From the IMG/VR virus record IMGVR_UViG_3300031993_000004, positions 213,584-277,583 of that record: a stretch of DNA of 64,000 nt. One strand, 5' to 3'. Shown here piece by piece: positions 8,028 through 16,361 of this stretch (positions within the stretch are counted from its first letter, which is position 1; the number at the start of each line of letters is the position of its first letter). The notes below the pieces were generated by a model that saw nothing but the letters and a program-made list of their open reading frames with translations, did not search any database and was not told the origin of the DNA. A program made the translations under genes and the position numbers. Source of the stretch: a virus (lineage: Duplodnaviria > Caudoviricetes).

Positions 8028-10817
8028 TTAGTACGCCGATTTCGGATTCGCGAACCGTTGTTTGTGAGCAGCTGAAGACATATCAACAAGTTTCTGACGC
8101 ATACGCATCAGTTTGTACAACTCTTGGCGATCTGCCTCTGATTGCCGTTCACCCCATCTGCTTCCGCTTTTCAGATATTCGATCTTTTCATCGATAATCT
8201 GAATCTCAGTTGCAATTTCTCGATTTGCCTCTTTACGCAGGCGATCACGATCAAGCAGTTTTGCTCCTTCGACGCCAAGATCTAAGACGCCAAGCCAAGG
8301 AGCGATGGAATAGAACAATGCGAACTTTCCAGTTTTAATTGCCAATCTTGATACCTTATAAAGCGCAGACCGGTAAGATGGATTTTCGACCAGATCCGCT
8401 TTCACACGGTCTTCATCTCTCTTGATGAAAGAATCAACCGTGGTGCGCAACCAATCTTTGGTTCTCCTTATCGGTTTCCTGATTGCTTTGCCGGTGTTCA
8501 TGACTTTTTGTACACCGCGTTTCAGAGTTTGCTGCGCAGGTAGCGTAGCTCTGTCAACGTCCATAGCGGTCGTCAACATATCTCCCTTCGGAGGGTTGCC
8601 AGAAACCGATTCAACAAATAGGGGCTCTTCGGAATTCAGAAGTGCGAACACCTCTTGAATACTTCTTCCGGTAGAAAAAGTATTTGAATCCTTAGAATTT
8701 GAAGAAGGTCTGGTATTATCTTTATTGTTTGTGGGTGTATTATTAGAGGTGGGATTTGTCTGCTGATGAGAAGACAAATCATTGTGATTTGTGACATTTG
8801 ACGTCTTTGATCTGTTGGACAGATCGTTGTTCGTCGTTGTATTGTGAGAATTTGTGTAGTTGTTCGTGATGTTGTAAACAACCGTACCAGGCCCAGCTTG
8901 TGAAGCCGGTTTCACTTCGCCTTTGTAATCCGCTCCAAGCATATCTCCGAGCGATTTGGCATTAACATCCAATCTCGCGTCGATAGATGCTGCTAAATCT
9001 TCCGGTTTATTTGCAGGAATGTCAGGAGGAAGCTGGATGTCCGTAATCATCGGATCAATCTCACCAGTTGCATCCATTCGATTCCGCATATATTCCGGAA
9101 CTTCGATGTCATCATCGTCATCGTTGTCATCAGCATATGCAGAAGCCGTAGAACGTTTCTTCTGTTGCTGTTTAGGTTCCTCTTCGACTTTCTTGCGTTC
9201 GTCAGAGAGTCCGAGACGGGCTTGGATGTATCGTGGCATCTCACCATTCTCTGCAGCTTCCTGAACCAGAGAATACGATTCGGTCGTCAGCCACTTTGCA
9301 ATTGTAATCGCAGACGAACCCATGTTGTACAATGTGTCACCGATTGTCTCGATGTCTGCGTCAAGTGCATCATGGAATGATTCACAATATCTCATATCAG
9401 AAATCGAAAGGTCGCCAAGTTCCTTCATAATTTGCAACGCATATTCGGCAACCTGTGAAGAACCTTCGATCGAAGTCTTGGTTTCCTTTTTCTTTTGATA
9501 TGGATTCACGGCATGCGAATTCTGATTGATTCTGCCACGAATACGTTTGATGAATCCATCCAGTGTCTCAGCTTCTTTCTTCTTCTCATCCATCACATGA
9601 TACAGGATCGTGAAATAGATATGTGAGTCAAAGATATTGAACGTGGTGAGCAATGTGTTATTTGAGATGATCGCGTTCTCATTGTTTGCCAAATTCAATT
9701 TGAAGAAGTCTTCCAGGAATTGGATTGTTCCTTCCTTATCCGTTTTGAACGTAGAGAACAAATCGATTCTTCCAAATCGCTTTGCTCCTTCATTCTGACG
9801 CATAATGGATGTATACGATTTCGTGTAATCCTTGAATTCAGCCTTATCGGTTTCCGCAACCTTATCAGGATTCACGAATACACGAACAAGAATTGCAGGA
9901 ACGACAGCATCTCTGAATGCACCAGGATTAATCGTTGCCGTTTTAAATAGTGCAGCCAGATCATCCGTGTCGTCACATGCACGCAGACGATGCAACATGT
10001 CATCAATTGATGCAGTGAACTGCTTTGAGACGTGCCACTTTCCTTTGCTATACCGGATTCCTTCAACCGCAGTTGTGAAGTAATCGATCTTCGCAGCTTC
10101 CTGAACATTCTCATTGATTACAATAGTGCAGTTCTCCAGATCACCAAATGACTGAAACCGTTGGATTTCAGTATCAGGTTCCATCTCTTCCGGAAGCTTG
10201 ATTTGATCATTATCAAAGACGCTGTTGATGTAGTCTGCGGCATCAAACAACTTATATTCACCGGGAAGCTTTGCAATTGATTCAAGCTCCGGCATCGGAA
10301 TCGGAGATGTGAATGTCGTGATTGCTTCACGATATCCGGAAGGTTTGGTAAACAACTCGAATGAATAGATACCATTCATCAACGATTCATATTTGTCAAA
10401 GTTGTTGGTGATGTACTGAAGCACTTTGAAACCGATAAATGCATGGAACATATCAGATGCACTCTTATCATCACCGGATATGATCTGCACCCATGGATTC
10501 GTGGCATCACCAGGTTCTTCCTCAACGGCTTCCTTGACGCCCTCATCGGGTGTTACCGGAGTAGGAGTTGCGGCTTTCTCCGTTACGAGACGCTTCAATG
10601 TATTCAGCGTTTCAACTGCTTTATTCGGATCTTCAATCCAAGATGGTTCAACGTTGTTCAGCCATGACAATGTACGTGCCATGATACGATCCAATTCGAA
10701 ATCGTTGTCAACAACGGGAAACGATTTTGTTTTAAACCCAGATGCAAAGAAGTTGTTCATTGAATCAATTGCAACTTTGATGTTATCAAAGTACCGTTTA
10801 TTGATAACAATCTGCAT
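8028..10817 (-). CDS. Large internal virion protein, predicted multiply processed
   Basis: 929 aa; NVQEA, LVQEA, SIQEV and FVES motifs; Asn/Thr-rich linker; C-terminal hydrophobic hairpin plus coiled coil. Confidence 0.7.
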   Translation of the reverse strand: MQIVINKRYFDNIKVAIDSMNNFFASGFKTKSFPVVDNDFELDRIMARTLSWLNNVEPSWIEDPNKAVETLNTLKRLVTEKAATPTPVTPDEGVKEAVEEEPGDATNPWVQIISGDDKSASDMFHAFIGFKVLQYITNNFDKYESLMNGIYSFELFTKPSGYREAITTFTSPIPMPELESIAKLPGEYKLFDAADYINSVFDNDQIKLPEEMEPDTEIQRFQSFGDLENCTIVINENVQEAAKIDYFTTAVEGIRYSKGKWHVSKQFTASIDDMLHRLRACDDTDDLAALFKTATINPGAFRDAVVPAILVRVFVNPDKVAETDKAEFKDYTKSYTSIMRQNEGAKRFGRIDLFSTFKTDKEGTIQFLEDFFKLNLANNENAIISNNTLLTTFNIFDSHIYFTILYHVMDEKKKEAETLDGFIKRIRGRINQNSHAVNPYQKKKETKTSIEGSSQVAEYALQIMKELGDLSISDMRYCESFHDALDADIETIGDTLYNMGSSAITIAKWLTTESYSLVQEAAENGEMPRYIQARLGLSDERKKVEEEPKQQQKKRSTASAYADDNDDDDDIEVPEYMRNRMDATGEIDPMITDIQLPPDIPANKPEDLAASIDARLDVNAKSLGDMLGADYKGEVKPASQAGPGTVVYNITNNYTNSHNTTTNNDLSNRSKTSNVTNHNDLSSHQQTNPTSNNTPTNNKDNTRPSSNSKDSNTFSTGRSIQEVFALLNSEEPLFVESVSGNPPKGDMLTTAMDVDRATLPAQQTLKRGVQKVMNTGKAIRKPIRRTKDWLRTTVDSFIKRDEDRVKADLVENPSYRSALYKVSRLAIKTGKFALFYSIAPWLGVLDLGVEGAKLLDRDRLRKEANREIATEIQIIDEKIEYLKSGSRWGERQSEADRQELYKLMRMRQKLVDMSSAAHKQRFANPKSAY

Positions 10818-10836
10818 TGTGATATTTCAACTCCTT

Positions 10837-11328
10837 TCATGTATAACTGTCGATGTATTTGATTCGGGTATACATCTGACCCAGTTGGTTGTACGTAATA
10901 CCGACAACAACATTCTGCATATCTTTTTGATGATATGTGAGTGTTTCGGATCCGGAGATCCGAATAATCAGTGCAGGATGTCCATCTTCTGTAATGTCGT
11001 TATATACATCAACCGTGATTCCAACATAACCAAGTACGTTCAGCTGGTCATCCAGCTTACTTTTGATCGTGTTTGGAATTGTTCTGTCATCGGAATATTC
11101 ATGCAGATATTGTTCAATGTCGATCCCCAGTTCGGGGATCGAAGGAAATTGTCCTGGTTTCATTTTGAGCAACATCAGAATGGAATTCACGCACATTTGG
11201 AATGTCGACAAAACCTTGGGTTTGCTCATTTCATCGGCATCAAACAACACGTCATATCCGAGGGTCTGTAAAACCCTCGGATATTTCGTATCAATTTCTG
11301 CCAGATAGATACCAGTCTGATCAAGCAT
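10837..11328 (-). CDS. Baseplate wedge protein, T4 gp25-like
   Basis: LLKMKPGQFPSIPELGIDIEQYL matches the gp25 pattern (LxxxxGExxxxPxFG); start set at ATG 11328 with GAGGTG RBS. Confidence 0.75.
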   Translation of the reverse strand: MLDQTGIYLAEIDTKYPRVLQTLGYDVLFDADEMSKPKVLSTFQMCVNSILMLLKMKPGQFPSIPELGIDIEQYLHEYSDDRTIPNTIKSKLDDQLNVLGYVGITVDVYNDITEDGHPALIIRISGSETLTYHQKDMQNVVVGITYNQLGQMYTRIKYIDSYT

Positions 11329-11338
11329 GAGGATCACC

Positions 11339-12226
11339 TCATTTGAGACCAGCATTCATCAGAATGCTCAGAGCTTCACGGCGGATTTCACCACGAAGCG
11401 GAATGTGCATCTTGCTGCCGTCATTCTGCTCAACGACAATTGCTTCATTCTGCAGTCCCATGATTTCTGCAGGAGAAATCTGGAAGGATTCGCAGATTGC
11501 ACGCATGTCTTCAGACTCTTCTGCGCAATACTTTCCGAGTTCCTTCAGGAAAATGACGCATCCTTCTGCATCAGGCTGGAGAATTGCGCTTTCCTGGTGA
11601 ACAATCGGAGAGATATCGCCGTCAGCACCTTCGTGAGATGGATAGTCAACAAGGTCGTAGCAGATGACCTTTGTGACACGCATGTTCGGCTGATTGTAAC
11701 CGGCATTCGGAATCATAGTTCCGAGCAAACGAACAGAGAAAGACGGAACCATTCCCAGGTCGACAATCTCTTGTGCAACCTGGCGACCGCATTCACAACC
11801 AGGATCGGTTGTAATGATTGCCTTATACTTACTGCCTTCGAGACGATTGTTCCGAATGATATGGGAACAACGAGTCGGTTCCGGAATTGTCATTCGGATA
11901 TCGGTGAGACGTTGGCCGGCAATTTCCGGATTCGGGTGATTCAACTCACCCCGCCACTTGTTATGGCGCTTCAGCTCAGCAATGCGTTCGTCCTTAGCGA
12001 CGACAGCACAGTAGTTGACAGGGTCGTATCTGCGGTGCATTCTGTTGTAACAGTCAAAAGTTTGAACAGTTGAGTCAAACTCGACATATGCATGCCCGTC
12101 CACTGAACGGAACAGCTTGTATCCACGCGGATCAACTCTGTAATCCACGAGACCACACTCAACAGGTGCTTCCTGAACATAGCATGCTGTCTCATACTTG
12201 TTCGTCTGTGTGCTTTTCAATGGCAT
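11339..12226 (-). CDS. Prohead core protease, T4 gp21/peptidase U9-like
   Basis: NRxxRxY, WRGELNHP (catalytic His), SHII, PSFSVRLLG (catalytic Ser), YDLVDYPSH; self-cleavage-like YVQEA and VHQES; AGGAGG RBS before ATG 12226. Confidence 0.88.
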   Translation of the reverse strand: MPLKSTQTNKYETACYVQEAPVECGLVDYRVDPRGYKLFRSVDGHAYVEFDSTVQTFDCYNRMHRRYDPVNYCAVVAKDERIAELKRHNKWRGELNHPNPEIAGQRLTDIRMTIPEPTRCSHIIRNNRLEGSKYKAIITTDPGCECGRQVAQEIVDLGMVPSFSVRLLGTMIPNAGYNQPNMRVTKVICYDLVDYPSHEGADGDISPIVHQESAILQPDAEGCVIFLKELGKYCAEESEDMRAICESFQISPAEIMGLQNEAIVVEQNDGSKMHIPLRGEIRREALSILMNAGLK

Positions 12227-12251
12227 AACCTTAACCTCCTTCTTTATAGTA

Positions 12252-13535
12252 TTATACTTCGGACGATGCATTCAGAAGTTTGTCAACAACGTCATTGATT
12301 CGCTGCATGATATACACCGCAACAAAGCAGATGTATGCTTTGACAATAACGTCATTTGGTTCACCGTATTTCCGCTGCATCGGAATGATAACCGGTCTGC
12401 CGGGAATGGCACGGTCAACCGCCGTTGGAAACTTTGTAATGCGTCCCATGTATTTGCTGGTGTTAATATCGACAAGACGATTTCCTTCCTTTGTAATGAA
12501 TACAAATAGGATCAGATCAATCAGTCTGCCGATATCTTGTTTTTCGACTTTCTGCGCAAATTTGTACAGAACTTCCGGTTGTTTGATTGCTTTCAGATTG
12601 CAGACGGCTTTGTACGAAGGATTCATTCTCCGGTACAAGTCATCACCATTTGAAATACGCCGCAACAAATTCACACGGATCTTTGTCAGTTCCAATGTTT
12701 CAACCGTTGTCGTATCGTCCGTATCTTCTGCAACAGAATTATTTGCTTCAACGTCGGCGTAGTAACGTTGTGCAAGTGTTCTCATGTTTTGGCGGAATGT
12801 GTTTCGAACACGATTCAACATATCGGCCAAAATCTGAGGAGTCAAACCCAGACCAATCCGGGTACGATAGAATGCATAACATGTTTCAATGGATTCACCA
12901 ATCCACGTGACCATGTTCTCATCCTTCACGATGTTCCACGAACGGTCGAGGTGCATGTAAGTATACTCCATAACAGACGGGATTGGAGGTGAAGGGAATG
13001 ACATTGCAAATGACATCTGGTATGACGTCAAACCGTATTGCTGACGTGCGGAATCACGCAAACGATTTCGTCCACGATTTCCGTCGCGTCCAATCGTAAG
13101 CGTATCATTCTTTGGATCGACCGCCGTAATAGAATCCGAATAGATCAACGCCATTACGTGAATGATGTTCGTCGGATACGCAACGATCGAATTCCAGTCA
13201 GATGCATTGACGTGTTTCTGAAGAATGTCCTTGATGAGTTTCTTCATCTCAAGTGGAGTGAATCCAAACAATCCCAACACATCATCAACATATCGACGAG
13301 GATAGATAACCTTCGTAGTTGGAAATTGTTTTGCAAGCATTTCAGCATTGAGATCAATGAACTCATTTCCCAAATCCAGATATTTTTTCAATCCAGATGG
13401 AGATTTCAGAACCTTGATAACAGGATCCAACAGTTTCTCTTGGATCTCAATGCGTCCTTCATCGCTCAGTGTAGACTCTTGGATGAAATGCATTGCCTCC
13501 TCTTCAGATAAAAAGGATTGCTCCATGACAAACAT
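12252..13535 (-). CDS. Putative virion protein of unknown function
   Basis: 427 aa, FVMEQ and FIQES near the N-terminus, in the late operon. Confidence 0.65.
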   Translation of the reverse strand: MFVMEQSFLSEEEAMHFIQESTLSDEGRIEIQEKLLDPVIKVLKSPSGLKKYLDLGNEFIDLNAEMLAKQFPTTKVIYPRRYVDDVLGLFGFTPLEMKKLIKDILQKHVNASDWNSIVAYPTNIIHVMALIYSDSITAVDPKNDTLTIGRDGNRGRNRLRDSARQQYGLTSYQMSFAMSFPSPPIPSVMEYTYMHLDRSWNIVKDENMVTWIGESIETCYAFYRTRIGLGLTPQILADMLNRVRNTFRQNMRTLAQRYYADVEANNSVAEDTDDTTTVETLELTKIRVNLLRRISNGDDLYRRMNPSYKAVCNLKAIKQPEVLYKFAQKVEKQDIGRLIDLILFVFITKEGNRLVDINTSKYMGRITKFPTAVDRAIPGRPVIIPMQRKYGEPNDVIVKAYICFVAVYIMQRINDVVDKLLNASSEV

Positions 13536-13556
13536 ATTGGATCATCCTTTCTGAAC

Positions 13557-14102
13557 TCAGCGGCGATTCTTCTTCTTTTTACCGTAGTATGGTTTCTCTT
13601 CTTTGGTCTCCTCGACAGGAGTTTCCTCTGCCGGAGTTTCTTCGATCACGTCGACTGCTTCGAGCGACTCTTCGATTGCCGGAGCTTCCTGCTCTTCAGT
13701 GAAAGTTGTGATTTCCTCTTCCGGAACATCAACGATCTCTTCAGGCTCGACAGCAGGTGCCGTCTCTTCAACAGCAACTTCCGGAGTGAGATATGGCGTG
13801 AGAGTCGGAACCTCGAACTTCGGTTCTTCCGGGACAGGTTCGACCGGAACTTCACTCTTCGGAACGACAGCCGATGCAACGACCGGTGCCGGAGTTTCTG
13901 CAGGTTTGGCGGTCTTTTTCGCGGGAGGTTTTGCTTTCATAAAGTATCTCGGCGTAATCAGCTCGCCAGTGGTAGCAGAGTAGACCTTAACACCGTTCAT
14001 ATTCAGCAAGCGACGAATGCTGTTCTCATTGAGATCAACACCACGTGCCGGAAGAATGCCGATGCCAGCGATAGCTCCGCGTCCAGTAACGTTAACTTTC
14101 AT
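13557..14102 (-). CDS. Small domain plus Pro/Glu-rich tail and basic C-terminus
   Basis: ~50-aa N-domain, PEVA-rich linker, ends YYGKKKKNRR. Confidence 0.7.
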   Translation of the reverse strand: MKVNVTGRGAIAGIGILPARGVDLNENSIRRLLNMNGVKVYSATTGELITPRYFMKAKPPAKKTAKPAETPAPVVASAVVPKSEVPVEPVPEEPKFEVPTLTPYLTPEVAVEETAPAVEPEEIVDVPEEEITTFTEEQEAPAIEESLEAVDVIEETPAEETPVEETKEEKPYYGKKKKNRR

Positions 14103-14118
14103 GATTAACATCCTTTCT

Positions 14119-14871
14119 TTAAATAGATTCTCGATTGATATCCTTCATGTTCGCATGAAGTCTTTCAATGCTATAGTAAGATTCTGAAATCAGATCTGTC
14201 TTGATGCCCATGGCAGCAAGATACAAATCTGTCTGCAGCACAGTTGGCTTATCATAGACACCCGTCTTGATATCTTCCAACTTCACAGATCCCGTTCGAG
14301 AGATCTCTTCGAGCATATTATCATACTCTGTGACGTTGTCTCCACGTGCTCCAGAGATTTCAGACAGAATCACATCGGCACCTGCACCTGCAAGCAGTTC
14401 ATTCTCAACACCTGTCGTGGTACCTGCTTTGGAATCACCCTTAACAGCACCAGTATTTTCATCACGATCCGTATCAGTGATCGTCAGACCCGTCTTCTTC
14501 ATGACCATCTGCTGCGGACGTTTTATGTTGAGATAACCGACAAGCACAGGCTCCTTGGTTCTTACAGGTCGGTTGGGGTCAGATGACAAGTGTGGCATGT
14601 ATACATACTCGAAAAGTGGAATCCCGAGAATATTCGCAGCATTCTCGATGTTCTCGAATTTCAATCTTCGAGACTCCGGGCCAAACTCTTCGATATCCAC
14701 ACGAATATTTGATTTCGGATCCGCAAGGAATCCTCTGATCCATTGGTCGAATTGTTCATCTGACATAGGCTGGAACATTCGACGATATTTCTCAGCATTC
14801 TTTCCAGAAATATCCAATGCCCGCAAAACTTTGTCGATCAACTCTTCAACTTTCTTCCGTTTGTCAGTCAT
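14119..14871 (-). CDS. Phage RNA polymerase beta subunit, C-terminal fragment (probably virion RNAP)
   Basis: VGYLNIKRPQQMVMKK...TGAVKGDSK...ENELLAGAGADVILSEISGARGD parallels RpoB region I (VGYMYMLKL..K...TQQPLGGK...[23 protein letters not shown]); AAAGGAGG RBS; late promoter upstream. Confidence 0.85.
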   Translation of the reverse strand: MTDKRKKVEELIDKVLRALDISGKNAEKYRRMFQPMSDEQFDQWIRGFLADPKSNIRVDIEEFGPESRRLKFENIENAANILGIPLFEYVYMPHLSSDPNRPVRTKEPVLVGYLNIKRPQQMVMKKTGLTITDTDRDENTGAVKGDSKAGTTTGVENELLAGAGADVILSEISGARGDNVTEYDNMLEEISRTGSVKLEDIKTGVYDKPTVLQTDLYLAAMGIKTDLISESYYSIERLHANMKDINRESI

Positions 14872-14896
14872 TTGTACTCCTCCTTTCGTACAAAAG

Positions 14897-14910
14897 TTAC
14901 TGAAACGTTT
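14897..14910 (-). promoter_or_regulatory. Putative late promoter AAACG-N6-TAA
   Basis: Minus strand AAACG TTTCAG TAA; one of 8 copies upstream of virion genes. Confidence 0.75.
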
Positions 14911-14933
14911 CATAGTATAATAGTGTGATATTA

Positions 14934-14957
14934 CAGAGAGGGCCGAAGCCCTCTCTG
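14934..14957 (-). terminator. Hairpin terminator with cUUCGg loop on minus strand
   Basis: CAGAGAGGGC-cgaa-GCCCTCTCTG. Confidence 0.75.
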
Positions 14958-14979
14958 CAAATAGTACTCGTATCAGAGC

Positions 14980-16281
14980 TTAAGTTTTGTTGAGCTTTCT
15001 TGCCAACTTGACAACGAGATTATATCGTTTAGATGAGAAATTTTCCTTGAGGTCCAGCATGATCTGATTCCAGTCGTCTTCTGTCATATCTTTGGTTGGG
15101 TTTGTTGGAATAGATTCGACATATTTTCCATTCTGGTATGGCTCAAATAACCATTTGTTGGGTTGTTTACATGCCAACATGATATCTTTTACAATACCCG
15201 TCGCTTGGGGATCCGCGTATAATTGGAAGCATATCAATTTACGGAGTTCGTCTCCGTTTTTCTCCTTTATCCATTTACGAATGGTAGGAGTCAACCCATC
15301 TTCAGAAATTTGGTCATTATCGTCAGATGTTTTTTCAACACCAGGTTCACGCATGATATCATTAATGTCATCATCAAAATCGGGATTATCAGGAACATCA
15401 TTGTTATTAACATAAGATATTAATTGCAGATACAGCGACATCCACCGAATTTTCAGCATGATATGTTTGTACATATCCGATACGTATTTATCAATTGCAC
15501 GTATCATTCTCTCTTTCGAAATAGTTTGTTTCCCCATATCTAACACATCATGAGTATCTCCATATTGATCCAAATCATCATGCGTGATCGTGTCAACGAC
15601 AGCATTAATCTTTTTCACAACCTTAATAGATGCATCAAAATTTTGTTGCATTTCTGCGATGGAATGAATAAATTGCCCTTTTGTGACTAATTTAAAATAG
15701 TTCGGATTGGGCGGATGTCCATTCTTTGCGTTTTGTAAGTCATTCTCCAAATATGCTATGCCGTCTTTCATAGTACTGAGAGAGCTGGACCAGCTTCCAT
15801 CAAAATTATTTTGGAATAATCCGGCATAAACTTGATCAATGAATATATCATTGAATACGAAATTTTTGTCAATTTTGTTCAGAAATTCCTGCTGCTTCTC
15901 TGTATCATTTTTAAAATCATTAAAAAATTCATCATTCAATGGAACGGGAATTATCGGCGTATCATCAGGCACGTTATATCTCTTAACAATGGCTTTCGCA
16001 GTTCTATTTAATTTAAACTGAGAAAGCTTGATGACGATACGTTGGCACATTTGCTTGATAAAACGTACCAGTTTTGCGATGATGTTTGTTTTCCGGATAG
16101 TTTTCGAACCATCGGTCGTTGCTTCTTGAAAAATGCCGAATGCGCTCAAGTCATCATCTTCAGCATATTCCATCAACACAAGCATCTTGTCATATGATTC
16201 AATCAATGACTCATATACTGCGTCTTCAGCTTCTGTAGCTGCAGTTTGAATGTCATCAATTTTCAATAACAGTTCATTCAT
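14980..16281 (-). CDS. Putative internal head protein (propeptide family)
   Basis: 433 aa, shared N-terminal propeptide ending IFQEA; AT-rich body; own promoter and terminator. Confidence 0.7.
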   Translation of the reverse strand: MNELLLKIDDIQTAATEAEDAVYESLIESYDKMLVLMEYAEDDDLSAFGIFQEATTDGSKTIRKTNIIAKLVRFIKQMCQRIVIKLSQFKLNRTAKAIVKRYNVPDDTPIIPVPLNDEFFNDFKNDTEKQQEFLNKIDKNFVFNDIFIDQVYAGLFQNNFDGSWSSSLSTMKDGIAYLENDLQNAKNGHPPNPNYFKLVTKGQFIHSIAEMQQNFDASIKVVKKINAVVDTITHDDLDQYGDTHDVLDMGKQTISKERMIRAIDKYVSDMYKHIMLKIRWMSLYLQLISYVNNNDVPDNPDFDDDINDIMREPGVEKTSDDNDQISEDGLTPTIRKWIKEKNGDELRKLICFQLYADPQATGIVKDIMLACKQPNKWLFEPYQNGKYVESIPTNPTKDMTEDDWNQIMLDLKENFSSKRYNLVVKLARKLNKT

Positions 16282-16310
16282 ATTGAAGAGCTCCTTTCAT
16301 GAGCAAATTT

Positions 16311-16324
16311 TTACTAAACCGTTT
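16311..16324 (-). promoter_or_regulatory. Putative late promoter AAACG-N6-TAA
   Basis: Minus strand AAACG GTTTAG TAA. Confidence 0.75.
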
Positions 16325-16329
16325 GATTA

Positions 16330-16353
16330 TGATGGGGGCTTTCGCCCCCATCA
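16330..16353. terminator. Hairpin terminator
   Basis: TGATGGGGGC-tttc-GCCCCCATCA. Confidence 0.75.
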
Positions 16354-16361
16354 CATCATTT

